DNA of 64,000 nucleotides from an uncultured Candidatus Saccharibacteria bacterium. GTDB taxonomy: Bacteria; Patescibacteriota; Minisyncoccia; Phycocordibacterales; UBA3531. Shown here piece by piece: positions 9,738 to 19,780 of this stretch. Below the pieces are notes generated by a model. The model saw only the letters and a list, made by a program, of their open reading frames with translations. It made no database searches and was not told the DNA's origin. The translations under genes were made by a program, and so were the position numbers. Numbering within the stretch: the stretch's first letter is position 1; each line of letters opens with the position of its first letter. Location: NCBI GenBank assembly GCA_964361405.1, contig CAYIAA010000003.1, positions 4,146-68,145 of the forward strand, read 5' to 3'.

Positions 9738-11009
9738 ATGTTTGACTTAAAAGGCCTCAACTCAGCCCTCTCACAACTTGAGGAAGAGCGTGGTATACCG
9801 AAAGAAAAAATACTGGGCGCCATAGAAGACGCCCTTGCCGCCGCGTACAAAAAAGACTACGGGAAGCGTGGACAAATCGTACGAGCACATTTCGATCTCT
9901 CAGGCGGGACCGCCGAATTCTACCGCGTTAAAGTCGTTGTAGATGAATCAGTTCTGGAACACGATGAGAGAGGAGAGATGAAACTTGAAAACCCAACCGA
10001 AACGCCCGAAGAGGGTGCCTCACTCACCTATAACGAGGAGCAACATATCTTGCTCGCCGATGCAAAAAAAATTAAAGCAGATGCCGCGCCAGGGGATGAA
10101 ATCTCATTCCCCCTTGAGGCGAAGGGTGATTACGGCAGAATTGCCGCGCAGACCGCAAAACAAGTTATCATCCAGCGCATCCGTGAGGCAGAGAAAGTTT
10201 CGGTTCTCGATGAGTACGTCGGCAAGAAGGGGGGGCTCGTGAATGGCACAGTACAGAGAATCGAGCGCGGGAATGTATTTATTGATTTAGGCAGGACAAC
10301 GGCCATCCTTCCTCGAGAAGAGCAAATCCCGGGTGAATACTATCGGCAAGGAGAACGCATTAAAGCATATCTCTACGCAGTCGAAGAAACGGGCAGAAAT
10401 ATCGACCTCCGCCTCTCTCGCGCTCACCCACAATTTTTGGTTAAACTGTTTGAAGTCGAGTCCCCCGAAGTTGCGAGTGGCACGGTAGTTATTGAAGCTG
10501 TAGCCCGGGAAGCTGGCGCCCGTTCGAAAGTGGCGGTGTATTCCCGCGACGAGAATGTGGATCCGGTAGGATCGCTCGTTGGTCAGCGAGGTATTCGCGT
10601 GAACACCGTCATTAATGAGCTTGGCGGAGAAAAACTTGATATCATAGAGTGGTTTGATAACCCAGAGAGCTTTATTGCGCATGCCCTCTCTCCGGCGAAA
10701 ATCAAGCGGGTGACTTTGAGCGAAGAAGCTCGGGAAGCAAAAGTCGAAGTTGATCAAGATCAGTTCTCGCTTGCGATTGGAAGGGGTGGGCAGAATGTGC
10801 GACTCGCGGCCAAACTGACCGGCTGGAAAATAGACATCTCGGCCCCATCGGGCGAAAGTATGAGCGAGAGTCCTGACGGAAATAAAAAAGAGGAAGTGCC
10901 ACAAGAAACCCTAAACGAAGCCACAGAAAGCATTACTCCGGAAACCTCTCTCACTCAAGCTGTAGATGAAAATACCAAGGAGGAACTATTAAAAACGAAC
11001 GAAAACTAG
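9738..11009 (+). CDS. nusA: Transcription termination/antitermination factor NusA with acidic C-terminal tail
   Basis: N-terminal NusA domain, S1 and two KH domains (AIGRGGQNVRLAAKLTGWKIDI). Confidence 0.9.
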   Translation: MFDLKGLNSALSQLEEERGIPKEKILGAIEDALAAAYKKDYGKRGQIVRAHFDLSGGTAEFYRVKVVVDESVLEHDERGEMKLENPTETPEEGASLTYNEEQHILLADAKKIKADAAPGDEISFPLEAKGDYGRIAAQTAKQVIIQRIREAEKVSVLDEYVGKKGGLVNGTVQRIERGNVFIDLGRTTAILPREEQIPGEYYRQGERIKAYLYAVEETGRNIDLRLSRAHPQFLVKLFEVESPEVASGTVVIEAVAREAGARSKVAVYSRDENVDPVGSLVGQRGIRVNTVINELGGEKLDIIEWFDNPESFIAHALSPAKIKRVTLSEEAREAKVEVDQDQFSLAIGRGGQNVRLAAKLTGWKIDISAPSGESMSESPDGNKKEEVPQETLNEATESITPETSLTQAVDENTKEELLKTNEN

Positions 11010-11010
11010 C

Positions 11011-11538
11011 ATGAATCTTTGGCATGACATTTCCTGGGGGTCGGTAGAAAAACTCAAAGTTGTTATTGAGATACCGAAACTCTCGCGCGTCAAATACGAA
11101 CTCGATAAAGAGACGGGGCTCATCCATGTGGATCGTGTCCTTTACTCGCCGATGCACTATCCAGCAAACTACGGGTTCGTACCCCAAACACTCTGGGACG
11201 ACGGTGACCCGCTTGATGTCTTAGTACTCTCGCATGAACCCTTTGTCCCGGGATCTCTTGTCGAAGTACGCCCGATTGGCATTATGGACATGACCGACGA
11301 TGGAGACCCGGATGCAAAAATACTCGCCGTCCCGACGACAGACCCTCGTTTCCGAGAAGTGAACGATATTGCAAAACTTGAACCACATACATTAGAAGAA
11401 ATCCAGCATTTCTTTCGAGTATATAAAGATCTCCAGAAAAAAAAGGTCGTGGTGGGAGAATGGCAGGGGAGGACTGCCGCCCAAGAGGCTATTACAAAAG
11501 CTGTAGAATCGTACCAGAAACACTACCCGAAGGGTTAA
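11011..11538 (+). CDS. ppa: Inorganic pyrophosphatase (family I)
   Basis: Family I PPase motifs YPANYGFVPQTLWDDGDPLDVLV. Confidence 0.9.
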   Translation: MNLWHDISWGSVEKLKVVIEIPKLSRVKYELDKETGLIHVDRVLYSPMHYPANYGFVPQTLWDDGDPLDVLVLSHEPFVPGSLVEVRPIGIMDMTDDGDPDAKILAVPTTDPRFREVNDIAKLEPHTLEEIQHFFRVYKDLQKKKVVVGEWQGRTAAQEAITKAVESYQKHYPKG

Positions 11539-11629
11539 GAACGAGAGAGTTCTTCACAGACACGGCGTAGTAGCATAGAATAGTGCTATTAGTCACATTA
11601 TTTATTAGGTATAACATTCACACACTATA

Positions 11630-12262
11630 ATGAAAGCATCGAAAAGACATGTGGTGGTAGGAGCTCTTTTTTTATCGCTTGCGTTCGCACCACTCTCATT
11701 TGCTCAAAATGAAGAGAGCGGAGTAACCCCAGAAAGAGTGGGAACCCCGCTCCGAGGCCGCGTAGAAGGGTTAAGGGATCGCTTGCTCGACCGAAAGGAG
11801 GGGGCCATCGAAAAGCGAGGAAATGCAACATCGAGCGTCGCCGAGCGACGCGGAGAAAGAATGGAACAAATGCGAAGTCGTGTTCGCGCCTTTTCCGAGC
11901 GGATGATAAAACGCATACAGGCGGCCTTTGAGCGTCTCGAGAAATTAGTCGCGCGCATTGAGGCACGGGTTGCAAAACTTGAAGAGACAAATAAAAACAT
12001 CCAAACGGGAGAGGCAAAGAAATATATTGCCGATGCAAAAGGACTCATTCTATCAGGGAAAGCCAGCTTGAATGAGGCAGAATCTCTCATTGAGGAAACG
12101 GTTACTTCAGACTCCCCCCGAGAGTCCTTCCAAAAAGTACATGACCTCGTCAAAGCGTCAACTGCCGACTTGCGTAAAGCCCACGAAGCAATTAAAAATG
12201 CTCTTCGGTCTCTCAAATCTGCAATCGGCAAAGGTGCTGGCAGTGCAACTACCACACAATAA
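11630..12262 (+). CDS. Hypothetical secreted alpha-helical protein
   Basis: Signal peptide MKASKRHVVVGALFLSLAFAPLSFAQN; heptad-rich and charged; the antisense ORFs covering it are R/S-rich artefacts. Confidence 0.5.
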   Translation: MKASKRHVVVGALFLSLAFAPLSFAQNEESGVTPERVGTPLRGRVEGLRDRLLDRKEGAIEKRGNATSSVAERRGERMEQMRSRVRAFSERMIKRIQAAFERLEKLVARIEARVAKLEETNKNIQTGEAKKYIADAKGLILSGKASLNEAESLIEETVTSDSPRESFQKVHDLVKASTADLRKAHEAIKNALRSLKSAIGKGAGSATTTQ

Positions 12263-12293
12263 TAATTAAGAGCTAATTAATTAAAGAAAAACC

Positions 12294-12629
12294 ATGAACG
12301 GAGACCAAACCTACACCCCCGGAGAGCGTAATTCCCAAGAAAACTCTAATGGGAAAGGCCCTCTCATTGGGTCGATTATCGTCATCCTTATCTTGATTGC
12401 AGGTCTCGCCTATCTCTGGCAGAACTTTCCCGAGCAGTCGCCCGGGATGCCCTCCGGTATGAGCGGTGAAGACATCGAGAATCTTCCCGACGAGGCCACT
12501 CAATCGCTCGAAAGCCAGAGCTCTTCTGATGAAATTTCAGCGATTGAGGCAGACCTCAATAGCACTGACTTACATAACATTGACGCCGAGCTCGATACGA
12601 TTAACGCGGAGCTTAACTCCGTCGAGTAA
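12294..12629 (+). CDS. Hypothetical small membrane-anchored protein with acidic C-terminus
   Basis: One TM segment (GSIIVILILIAGLAYLW) followed by an acidic tail. Confidence 0.4.
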   Translation: MNGDQTYTPGERNSQENSNGKGPLIGSIIVILILIAGLAYLWQNFPEQSPGMPSGMSGEDIENLPDEATQSLESQSSSDEISAIEADLNSTDLHNIDAELDTINAELNSVE

Positions 12630-12659
12630 GAGTTTTCCCCCCAGAACTACGAAGCTCCA

Positions 12660-13262
12660 ATGCTTATTCCAACCGTTATAGAAAAATCACCCTTTGGGGA
12701 ACGGGCGTACGACATTTATTCGCGACTCTTAAAGGAGCGGATTATTTTCCTGGGCGATACAGTTACCGATGACGTTGCAAATTTGGTTATTGCCCAGCTC
12801 CTCTTTCTTGAGTCCGAAGACTCGAAAAAAGATATTAACCTCTACGTCAACTCCCCGGGTGGCTCAGTGACGGCAGGACTCGCAATCTATGATGCCATGC
12901 AGCACATCAAACCTGATGTATCCACGATTTGTGTCGGCCTCGCCGCAAGCATGGGGTCCGTTATCTTAGCTGGGGGGGCCAAAGGTAAGCGCTTTGCACT
13001 CCCGAATGCCGACGTCATGATTCACCAAGTTTCCGCAGGGTTCCAAGGTCAAGCATCGGACATTGAACGGAATGCGCAGTATATTCTGCGTATCAAGAAG
13101 CGCCTGATTGAAATCCTTGCGCGTCACACCGGTCACCCCACAGCGAAAGTTGAGGCTGATTCTGATCGCGATTATTTCATGAGTGCCGAAGAAGCGAAGA
13201 AATACGGCATCATTGACCACGTTCTTCTTCAGAAAGGGAAAAACGTTCTGCAGAAAAAATAA
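12660..13262 (+). CDS. clpP: ATP-dependent Clp protease proteolytic subunit
   Basis: ClpP fold with active-site Ser in GLAASMGS and conserved His/Asp. Confidence 0.9.
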   Translation: MLIPTVIEKSPFGERAYDIYSRLLKERIIFLGDTVTDDVANLVIAQLLFLESEDSKKDINLYVNSPGGSVTAGLAIYDAMQHIKPDVSTICVGLAASMGSVILAGGAKGKRFALPNADVMIHQVSAGFQGQASDIERNAQYILRIKKRLIEILARHTGHPTAKVEADSDRDYFMSAEEAKKYGIIDHVLLQKGKNVLQKK

Positions 13263-13279
13263 ATCCGAAGTTTTTTGAG

Positions 13280-13990
13280 CTAGTTCACCTTCCCGAGCTG
13301 GGCCTCAATGAACTCCTTCACTTGCTCGTAGGGCAAAGCGCCTTCAATCGGGGTGGTTTCTCCACCGCGAACTAAAACAAGCGATGAAGGCGTGCCGGTA
13401 ATGCCTGCCTTCCTCCCATCTTCAAAATCGTCGTTCACCTTGCTCGCATACTTACCAGATGAAAGACATGCCTCAAATGCGGCCTTCTCAATCCCCACCT
13501 CTACCGCGAGCGTCGAGAGCATTTCTGGTTCAAGTCGGTTGTTTGACGGCGTCACTTCAAAAACGCGATTTATGTATTGCCAAAATTTTTCCTGCCCGCC
13601 GAGCCCGGTAACACACTCCGTTGCCTCGGCTTCCTTTCGTGCTTTCGGGTGAATAGAGTCTATGGGAAAGTGGCGGTAGACCCAAGCCACCCGCCCATCC
13701 TTTCCATACTCATCCATAATGCGCAACATCGTTTGGTGAAATGTTTTACAGAAAGGACATTCAAGATCGGAGTACTCGACGATGACAACAGGAGCGTCCG
13801 GATTCCCAAGAACATGCTCGTCCGCAGAGACTTCGCGGATACTCGGAGCATTGCCCATGGAACCGCTGTCTAACACATTCGCCGTCCCGCCGTCGAGCCT
13901 CCCAGAAAAATAGATCGAGCCCCCAACAATTACCCCGGCAACCATAATAGAAATTGGCACGAGATAAGAATTTTTTGTTTCTTCTGCCAT
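13280..13990 (-). CDS. DsbA-family thiol:disulfide oxidoreductase, membrane-anchored
   Basis: N-terminal TM segment; thioredoxin CPFC active site (ECPFCKTF). Confidence 0.8.
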   Translation of the reverse strand: MAEETKNSYLVPISIMVAGVIVGGSIYFSGRLDGGTANVLDSGSMGNAPSIREVSADEHVLGNPDAPVVIVEYSDLECPFCKTFHQTMLRIMDEYGKDGRVAWVYRHFPIDSIHPKARKEAEATECVTGLGGQEKFWQYINRVFEVTPSNNRLEPEMLSTLAVEVGIEKAAFEACLSSGKYASKVNDDFEDGRKAGITGTPSSLVLVRGGETTPIEGALPYEQVKEFIEAQLGKVN

Positions 13991-14253
13991 ATGTTTCGCC
14001 TAGCATAGCAAACCCCCCCAAAGAGAGCAAGATAAAGAGCTCTCTAGACTCGGTCGAGCGATGTGCTATGATGGCCATATTAGCACTAGTTAACGATACT
14101 TGAATCCGCTCCTAAAAAATCCCTATGCTGTCAACCTCTCTCACTGCGTATTTTCCTCGTGAGTAGCGGCCTAAAGACTCGCTTTTTTATTTTTCCTTTT
14201 CAAATTCCGAAATCGCTCTGACACCGTAGGGTTTTTAAGCGGCACAAACGCTT

Positions 14254-15783
14254 ATGAGCTCAACCACAATACTGCTTTTGATCGGCGTCGCCGGACTCGG
14301 AGGCATTGTCTCCGGCTATTTTCTCCGCTGGATTATCTCGCTTGGAAGAAAGGGCTCTATTGAGCTTGAAATCAAACAGTCCCTCCTCGACGCAAAAGCT
14401 GCGGGGCAAAAAATCACCGAGGCCGCGGACCACGAAGCCGAACGCGTCATTGGAGAAGCCAAACGGAAACTCGAAGAGCGTGAGAACGAACTTAAAAAAA
14501 CCGAAGACCGGCTCGTCAAGAAAGACGAAACTCTCGATAAACGCCAGGCCGATCTCGACCGTGAACTCGAAGGGCTCAAACGGAAAGTCGATGAAGTAAA
14601 AAATCTCAAAGAAGGCGTTGAAAGAACGCAGGAGGAAGCGGCTAAAAAAATCGAGGAAGCGGCTGGTCTCACGCGAGAGAAAGCAAAGGAACACCTCATA
14701 GCCGAAGTCGAAACCCAGCATGAGGAAGACCTCAAAGTACGTCTCCAGAAGCTCGAAACCTCTGCGGGAGAAACACTTGAACGAAAGGCAAAAGATATCC
14801 TCGCGAACATTATCCAACGTCTCGCGATCTCAACAGTATCCGAAACGATGTCAACGGCAGTTGCCTTGCCCTCGGAAGACTTGAAGGGAAAAATCATCGG
14901 AAAGGAGGGTAGAAATATCAGGGCATTTGAACGCGCGACCGGTGTTGAGGTCTTGATTGACGATACGCCGGGCACTATCGTGCTCTCGGGATTTGACCCT
15001 GTTCGGCGTGCCACGGCAAAGCGCGCACTCGAACATCTCATTGCCGACGGAAGAATCCAACCCGCAAAAATTGAAGAGTTCGTCGGAAAAGCGAAAGAAG
15101 AAATTGGAAAAATTATTAAAGAAAAAGGTGAACAAGCTGCCTATGAGTGTGGGGTTTTTAACCTCGACCCCCGCATCCTCTCCATCCTAGGACGACTCCA
15201 CTTCCGAACGAGCTATGGGCAGAACGTGCTCCAGCACTCGATTGAAATGGCGCATCTCTCCGGCATGCTCTCCGAAGAACTCGGCGCCGACACCCTCGTG
15301 GCAAAAGCCGGTGCTCTCCTCCACGACGTCGGCAAGGCGGTTGACCATGAAATTCGAGGCACGCATGTAGAGATCGGGAGACGAATACTCCAAAAATTCG
15401 GCGCGGACCCTCGAATCATCCAGGCTATGCAATCCCATCATGAGGAGTATGAGTACGAAACGCTTGAATCCATCATTGTCCAAACCGCCGACACCATCTC
15501 TGGCGGCCGCCCGGGTGCTCGTCGGGACTCTATTGAAAACTACCTTCGCCGGCTTGAAGAGCTCGAAGGCATCGCGAACTCTTTCGAGGGAGTCGAGAAA
15601 ACCTATGCTATCCAAGCGGGCCGAGAAATAAGGGTTTTTGTGACTCCGGAGAAGATTTCCGACCTTGAGGCGCGGAAACTTGCTCGGGAAATTGCACTCC
15701 GGATTGAGCGTGAATTGAAGTACCCGGGCGAAATCAAGATTATGGTAATCAGGGAGTCTCGAGTTATTGAGTTTGCCCGCTAG
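14254..15783 (+). CDS. rny: Ribonuclease Y
   Basis: N-terminal TM segment, coiled coil, KH domain and HD domain (LLHDVGKAVDHE). Confidence 0.9.
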   Translation: MSSTTILLLIGVAGLGGIVSGYFLRWIISLGRKGSIELEIKQSLLDAKAAGQKITEAADHEAERVIGEAKRKLEERENELKKTEDRLVKKDETLDKRQADLDRELEGLKRKVDEVKNLKEGVERTQEEAAKKIEEAAGLTREKAKEHLIAEVETQHEEDLKVRLQKLETSAGETLERKAKDILANIIQRLAISTVSETMSTAVALPSEDLKGKIIGKEGRNIRAFERATGVEVLIDDTPGTIVLSGFDPVRRATAKRALEHLIADGRIQPAKIEEFVGKAKEEIGKIIKEKGEQAAYECGVFNLDPRILSILGRLHFRTSYGQNVLQHSIEMAHLSGMLSEELGADTLVAKAGALLHDVGKAVDHEIRGTHVEIGRRILQKFGADPRIIQAMQSHHEEYEYETLESIIVQTADTISGGRPGARRDSIENYLRRLEELEGIANSFEGVEKTYAIQAGREIRVFVTPEKISDLEARKLAREIALRIERELKYPGEIKIMVIRESRVIEFAR

Positions 15784-15794
15784 GGCAATCCCCC

Positions 15795-15824
15795 TTGCAC
15801 TGAAAATATGGCTTCACGTATAAT
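15795..15824 (+). promoter_or_regulatory. Sigma70-like promoter upstream of hup (TTGCAC-18-TATAAT)
   Basis: Hexamers read directly: TTGCAC at 15795-15800 and TATAAT at 15819-15824, about 55 nt before the hup ATG. Confidence 0.35.
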
Positions 15825-15879
15825 GATTCCATGGCAATAACGGGGTCGGTTGTCATTATCAATTTAGCGCGGATGACTT

Positions 15880-16152
15880 ATGAATAAAGCTGGTATCGTC
15901 GAAGCGGTGCACGGTAAATTAAACGGCACCAAGGTTGCGGCAGAAGAAGCCGTAGACACTATGGTAAGCGCAATCGTAAGCAGCCTGAAGCACGGGGAAG
16001 AGGTATCCATTGCGGGTCTTGGTATTTTCTCCGTCAAACAACGGGCAGCTCGAACTGCACGGAATCCAAGGACCGGCGCCTCCATACAGATTTCGGCCAT
16101 GAAAGTGCCGAAGTTTCGTGCGGCGAAAGCTCTCAAAGACGCCGTTAAATAA
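15880..16152 (+). CDS. hup: DNA-binding protein HU
   Basis: 90 aa; HU/IHF arm motif ...RAARTARNPRTGASIQI... Confidence 0.9.
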   Translation: MNKAGIVEAVHGKLNGTKVAAEEAVDTMVSAIVSSLKHGEEVSIAGLGIFSVKQRAARTARNPRTGASIQISAMKVPKFRAAKALKDAVK

Positions 16153-16190
16153 TTCCTGTATTTCTCTCGCGAGAGAAATATCACTACACC

Positions 16191-16220
16191 AAAACCTCCG
16201 CCACATGGCGGAGGTTTTGG
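16191..16220 (+). terminator. Rho-independent terminator after hup
   Basis: cctccgcc-acat-ggcggagg followed by TTTTGG; a second palindrome atttctctcgcgagagaaat lies at 16160-16179. Confidence 0.6.
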
Positions 16221-16231
16221 TTATACATATT

Positions 16232-16543
16232 TTAGACTACCTGTCCCAACTCGCGCCTAAGTTTTTTAAGTTTTCTTCTCTCCGCAAGAGTAAGTGCCAA
16301 TAGTGTCAAAAATAAGACCCGCACGATCGAGACAATGATTCCGGTCGCCAAAAGAAACCCTTCTGGGTGGATGACAAACTTAATGAATAGAACAACGCCG
16401 ACGGATAAGAAACTATTATCAAAAAGTAGCCCCGCTATAATATCGAGAGCAATCCAAAAAACAACTACGGTAAATATCCAAAGACGCCTCCGATTCTTCT
16501 TTATTTGTTTTTCCAATGCCTCAAGGATGTTTTGTGATGACAT
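16232..16543 (-). CDS. Hypothetical small polytopic membrane protein
   Basis: 103 aa with 2-3 TM segments, directly downstream of tRNA-Gly on the same strand. Confidence 0.4.
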   Translation of the reverse strand: MSSQNILEALEKQIKKNRRRLWIFTVVVFWIALDIIAGLLFDNSFLSVGVVLFIKFVIHPEGFLLATGIIVSIVRVLFLTLLALTLAERRKLKKLRRELGQVV

Positions 16544-16549
16544 GTCCGA

Positions 16550-16620
16550 TGCGGGTAGGGAGAATCGAACTCCCGTCTACTGCTTGGAAGGCAGTCATTC
16601 TACCACTAAACCATACCCGC
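16550..16620 (-). tRNA. tRNA-Gly (anticodon TCC), no encoded CCA
   Basis: Cloverleaf GCGGGTA/TACCCGC acceptor; anticodon stem ACTGC/GCAGT; loop CTTCCAA; T-arm GGGAG-TTCGATT-CTCCC. Confidence 0.85.
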
Positions 16621-16706
16621 CCCTCTTGTATGAGAACCAGAGTTATCGTACCAGATGGACTACACCCCATCAATTTTAGAACCTTCGGATTGAGTGTAGA
16701 AAAAAA

Positions 16707-17861
16707 TTACGAAAAAAGTTTTCGTCCCGAACTTTGCGCCGAACGTTCTTTCTCAAGCTTCATGTGGGCCTCCTGCATTTGGCGGTAGAGATTTACGATA
16801 TACATAAGAAGTCCGACGAGTGCGGTGATGAGCGTAAAGAGCGCTGTCCACCCCAGGAAAGATTTCGGAAAATACGATCCATTTTTTGCTTCTTGATTAC
16901 CTAGCCCGTCATTCTTTTCATCAATTTCTTTCTCGTCTTCCTTTTTAGCATCGGAAACCTCCGTTATCCCCTCGCCCGGAGTAACGTCCTCTTCCAGCGC
17001 TGGGGCAACATACGAAGAAGAGTCGGGCACCGAAACGACCGTGGACGGTGTATAGCTAGAAACGGGAGCACTAGTCCCCGACTGATATTGATAGAATGAG
17101 GGGTTTGAATTTTGATTCGTTACAAATCGAATGGTCGCGCCCCAACTCGATCCAAACTGCGTCTGACCGACAGCGCGGTAGTAGTATGTAGTATTGGGCA
17201 TGAGGCCAGAGATGGCTTCTGAAAAATCCATCGTGAGCATTGAGCCGAGTCCACGTACCGGAGTAACATTCCCTAATCCCGGCGTTGTCCCCCATTCAAA
17301 GTATCCGTTTGCATAGAAATCTCCGCGAGGTAAGACACTGCCTTGTAACCGCGCACTTATCAAAGAAACTTCTGTCGGCACACTAGTAACCACGATCGGC
17401 GGAGGTGTTTGCGGTGGAGCAGACAATTCATACGGATAGATTGTCGGAAGTGAGGTGTCCGCAGTGCCGTCGGTCTTGAAATGTATCGTTCTCCCGACAA
17501 CCACCCGATCCTCGTCTTGCACGATAAGCCGATAATAATATGAACGGCCTTTCTCAAGACTTCTCACTTGTGCCGTGATTTGCTTAAGGCGAGTCGAAGT
17601 CTGTATCACAACCGGTGATGTTTTTTTCTCCATCGTGATGGAGTCACCCCACTCAAACCACCCAACCACTTCGCGCCCACTTAAATTCTTCACAAACCCG
17701 CGAATGCGAGCGGATGTAGCGCCAACATTTATATTCGGGTAATGCGTGGTCACCACCACACTTTCAATACCGTAGGCAGGCGTAGCGGCGTCTGCAATCG
17801 GCACACCTACGAGTGACAAAAGAGTTACGCTCACGAGGTATACAGTAAAAAACCTTTTCAT
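16707..17861 (-). CDS. Cell-surface protein with two Fn3-like beta-sandwich repeats and a C-terminal TM anchor
   Basis: Signal peptide; repeated ...FEWG...YYYR... modules; C-terminal TM segment TALFTLITALVGLLMYIV. Confidence 0.6.
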   Translation of the reverse strand: MKRFFTVYLVSVTLLSLVGVPIADAATPAYGIESVVVTTHYPNINVGATSARIRGFVKNLSGREVVGWFEWGDSITMEKKTSPVVIQTSTRLKQITAQVRSLEKGRSYYYRLIVQDEDRVVVGRTIHFKTDGTADTSLPTIYPYELSAPPQTPPPIVVTSVPTEVSLISARLQGSVLPRGDFYANGYFEWGTTPGLGNVTPVRGLGSMLTMDFSEAISGLMPNTTYYYRAVGQTQFGSSWGATIRFVTNQNSNPSFYQYQSGTSAPVSSYTPSTVVSVPDSSSYVAPALEEDVTPGEGITEVSDAKKEDEKEIDEKNDGLGNQEAKNGSYFPKSFLGWTALFTLITALVGLLMYIVNLYRQMQEAHMKLEKERSAQSSGRKLFS

Positions 17862-18085
17862 GTTTTTTTTCTAATTTTTTTCTTTGGGTTAAACGATTTA
17901 TCTGACAATATACATAAGTAACATATTGAGAACAATTTGTCAATGCACCACAAGGTCAAATCGCTCGAAACGAAAAACTACTGCGTGTTACCCCTCGCTG
18001 CTGTTTCTCCATTCTACGGGGAATGAAAAAAAATAAACCGCCCCGATATTCGGGGGCGTGATCAAGCAATCAAACTAAACCGTTT

Positions 18086-19777
18086 TCAGTTTGGAAACAA
18101 ATTGATGAGAAGTCCGAGCAAAAATTCGCGGAGTGTCGGCGGACGACTCGATTGCGGCGGGGGCACAGTAGTGCCACCCGGCTGTTGATACTGCTCTCGG
18201 TACCGCTGTTGAAATTCCTGATTAAATTGCTGTTGGTATTGATCCTGATAGCTCGAGCTCGGAGGAAGAGTGCTTGCGCCCGGCAGCGATGGTTGCCGAA
18301 TTCCGTCCAGAGAGGGTGATTGCTGATACTGATACTGCTTCATTTTTTCAATTTCTTCTGGAGTCATGCGGTCAGGCGATGGTGAGACATACCCTGGCGG
18401 TATTTCCCCAGGCCTCGGTTGAAACTTCGGTGCTGTCATTTTCTTTTCTTCCATCATGTTCATGTCCCGACATTTGTCGGGGTTCTCTTTGCAAAACTCT
18501 TCCTGGTTCATCGGTGGTATGCCGCTCTCGCGAGCGCCAGGAGGTATGAGGCGCATATCTTCACCGCCCCGCATTTCCCCAGATTCACGAAAACAGAGTT
18601 CCATCGTCGCGCGGAGATCTTGGCCCGGCTCAACTCTTCCCTCTTTTATTGCCGCCGCCCGATCTTCACCCAAGGTGCGCCTCAAACACTCGAATACCAC
18701 AGGCGGGAACTGCCCACCTTCCGTGCGCGGAATCATACGCTCGAAACACTGACGCACCCTCACTTCGACATCACCAGAAAGCGGGCTGCCAGTACCACTC
18801 TCAAGACTCGTTACAACATTCGGTCCGAGCGTCTCCTTGATGCAGGCAGCAACTTCGGGCGGCGCGTCGCGGAGCGCATGTACGAAACGTTCGGATCCTT
18901 CGCGAGCGTTGAATGCCTGCTCTTCCGTGATAATGCCGTGGCCCTTGGCAAATGAGATGCACTCCTCGAGGTGCGCTGGGTCGGAACAATAGGTGTTACA
19001 TTCTTCTTTTCCTTTGCAGTCGCCGGGGCCGGCACGTTTGCCTATCTTCCGTGCCATTGTCGCCTCTTCGGGGCTCATCATTCCCATCTTCTCACCAAAT
19101 GATACACATACTTCGAAATGTTCATCGCTCTCACAGTACGATTGACACTCCTCTTTTGATTTACAACCGCCGGGCGTCTCTCCTTTCCGCATGAGCTCAA
19201 TCGCTCGTCGTGCTTGCTCGATTTCTTTCTTGGGTATAAATCCCGCCCTTTCTGCAAAAGCGAGACATTCATCTCCGTGGTTTAGATCCTTGCAGAAGGT
19301 CTCACATGTTTTCTTACTTGTGCATCCGCCGGGCAGTTTTGCTCCTTCAGTAATTGCCTGTCGCACTTGCCGTGCCTCATTAAGCTCGCGCTCGGACATC
19401 AAGTTATGCTCTTCAGCGAATGCGATGCATTCATCAATGTGCTTCAAATCCGAACAATAACTACGGCAGGTGTCTTGCGATGTGCATCCCCCAGGACCAC
19501 CGCTTGCTACTACATCCGCAAAACGCCCTATGTCCGCTTCGCTCTTTGCTTGCAGTTGCTCATCAAGAAGATTGTGTGCACGCGCAAATAAAAAGCACGC
19601 GCGGTAATTCGTGGGTGCATCGCAGTACCGGAGACACGCGGCTTTGTCTTTACAATTACCGAGTTCAGTAACGGGATAGATAATCCCCTCTTCCTGCGCC
19701 AGAGCAAAAACCGCATATGACAAGACAGCTACCGTAAACGAGATCAAAATGAGAGCGACTATGTTTTTGCCATTCAT
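18086..19777 (-). CDS. Secreted cysteine-rich repeat protein (5 tandem ~50-aa repeats, 4 Cys each) with Q/P/Y-rich C-terminal region
   Basis: Signal peptide; repeat consensus GGC-x5-C-x3-C-x7/8-EC-x2-FA occurs five times; C-terminal QYQYQQ...YQDQYQQQ low-complexity region. Confidence 0.7.
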   Translation of the reverse strand: MNGKNIVALILISFTVAVLSYAVFALAQEEGIIYPVTELGNCKDKAACLRYCDAPTNYRACFLFARAHNLLDEQLQAKSEADIGRFADVVASGGPGGCTSQDTCRSYCSDLKHIDECIAFAEEHNLMSERELNEARQVRQAITEGAKLPGGCTSKKTCETFCKDLNHGDECLAFAERAGFIPKKEIEQARRAIELMRKGETPGGCKSKEECQSYCESDEHFEVCVSFGEKMGMMSPEEATMARKIGKRAGPGDCKGKEECNTYCSDPAHLEECISFAKGHGIITEEQAFNAREGSERFVHALRDAPPEVAACIKETLGPNVVTSLESGTGSPLSGDVEVRVRQCFERMIPRTEGGQFPPVVFECLRRTLGEDRAAAIKEGRVEPGQDLRATMELCFRESGEMRGGEDMRLIPPGARESGIPPMNQEEFCKENPDKCRDMNMMEEKKMTAPKFQPRPGEIPPGYVSPSPDRMTPEEIEKMKQYQYQQSPSLDGIRQPSLPGASTLPPSSSYQDQYQQQFNQEFQQRYREQYQQPGGTTVPPPQSSRPPTLREFLLGLLINLFPN

Positions 19778-19780
19778 TCG

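Noticed and set aside
11704-12255. 183-aa and 137-aa minus-strand ORFs overlapping the secreted-protein gene at 11630-12262
   Set aside because: Arg/Ser/Pro-rich low-complexity translation typical of the antisense frame of a charged coiled-coil gene. The plus-strand ORF has a clean signal peptide.
14316-15041. 241-aa and 185-aa minus-strand ORFs inside rny
   Set aside because: Antisense to a strongly supported RNase Y gene. S/R-rich compositional artefact.
16550-16620. Initial reading of this tRNA as tRNA-Trp (CCA)
   Set aside because: That reading needed a 4-bp mispaired anticodon stem. The perfectly paired 5-bp stem ACTGC/GCAGT puts TCC at positions 34-36, which makes it Gly. This also fits its identity to the Gly-GCC gene outside the anticodon arm.
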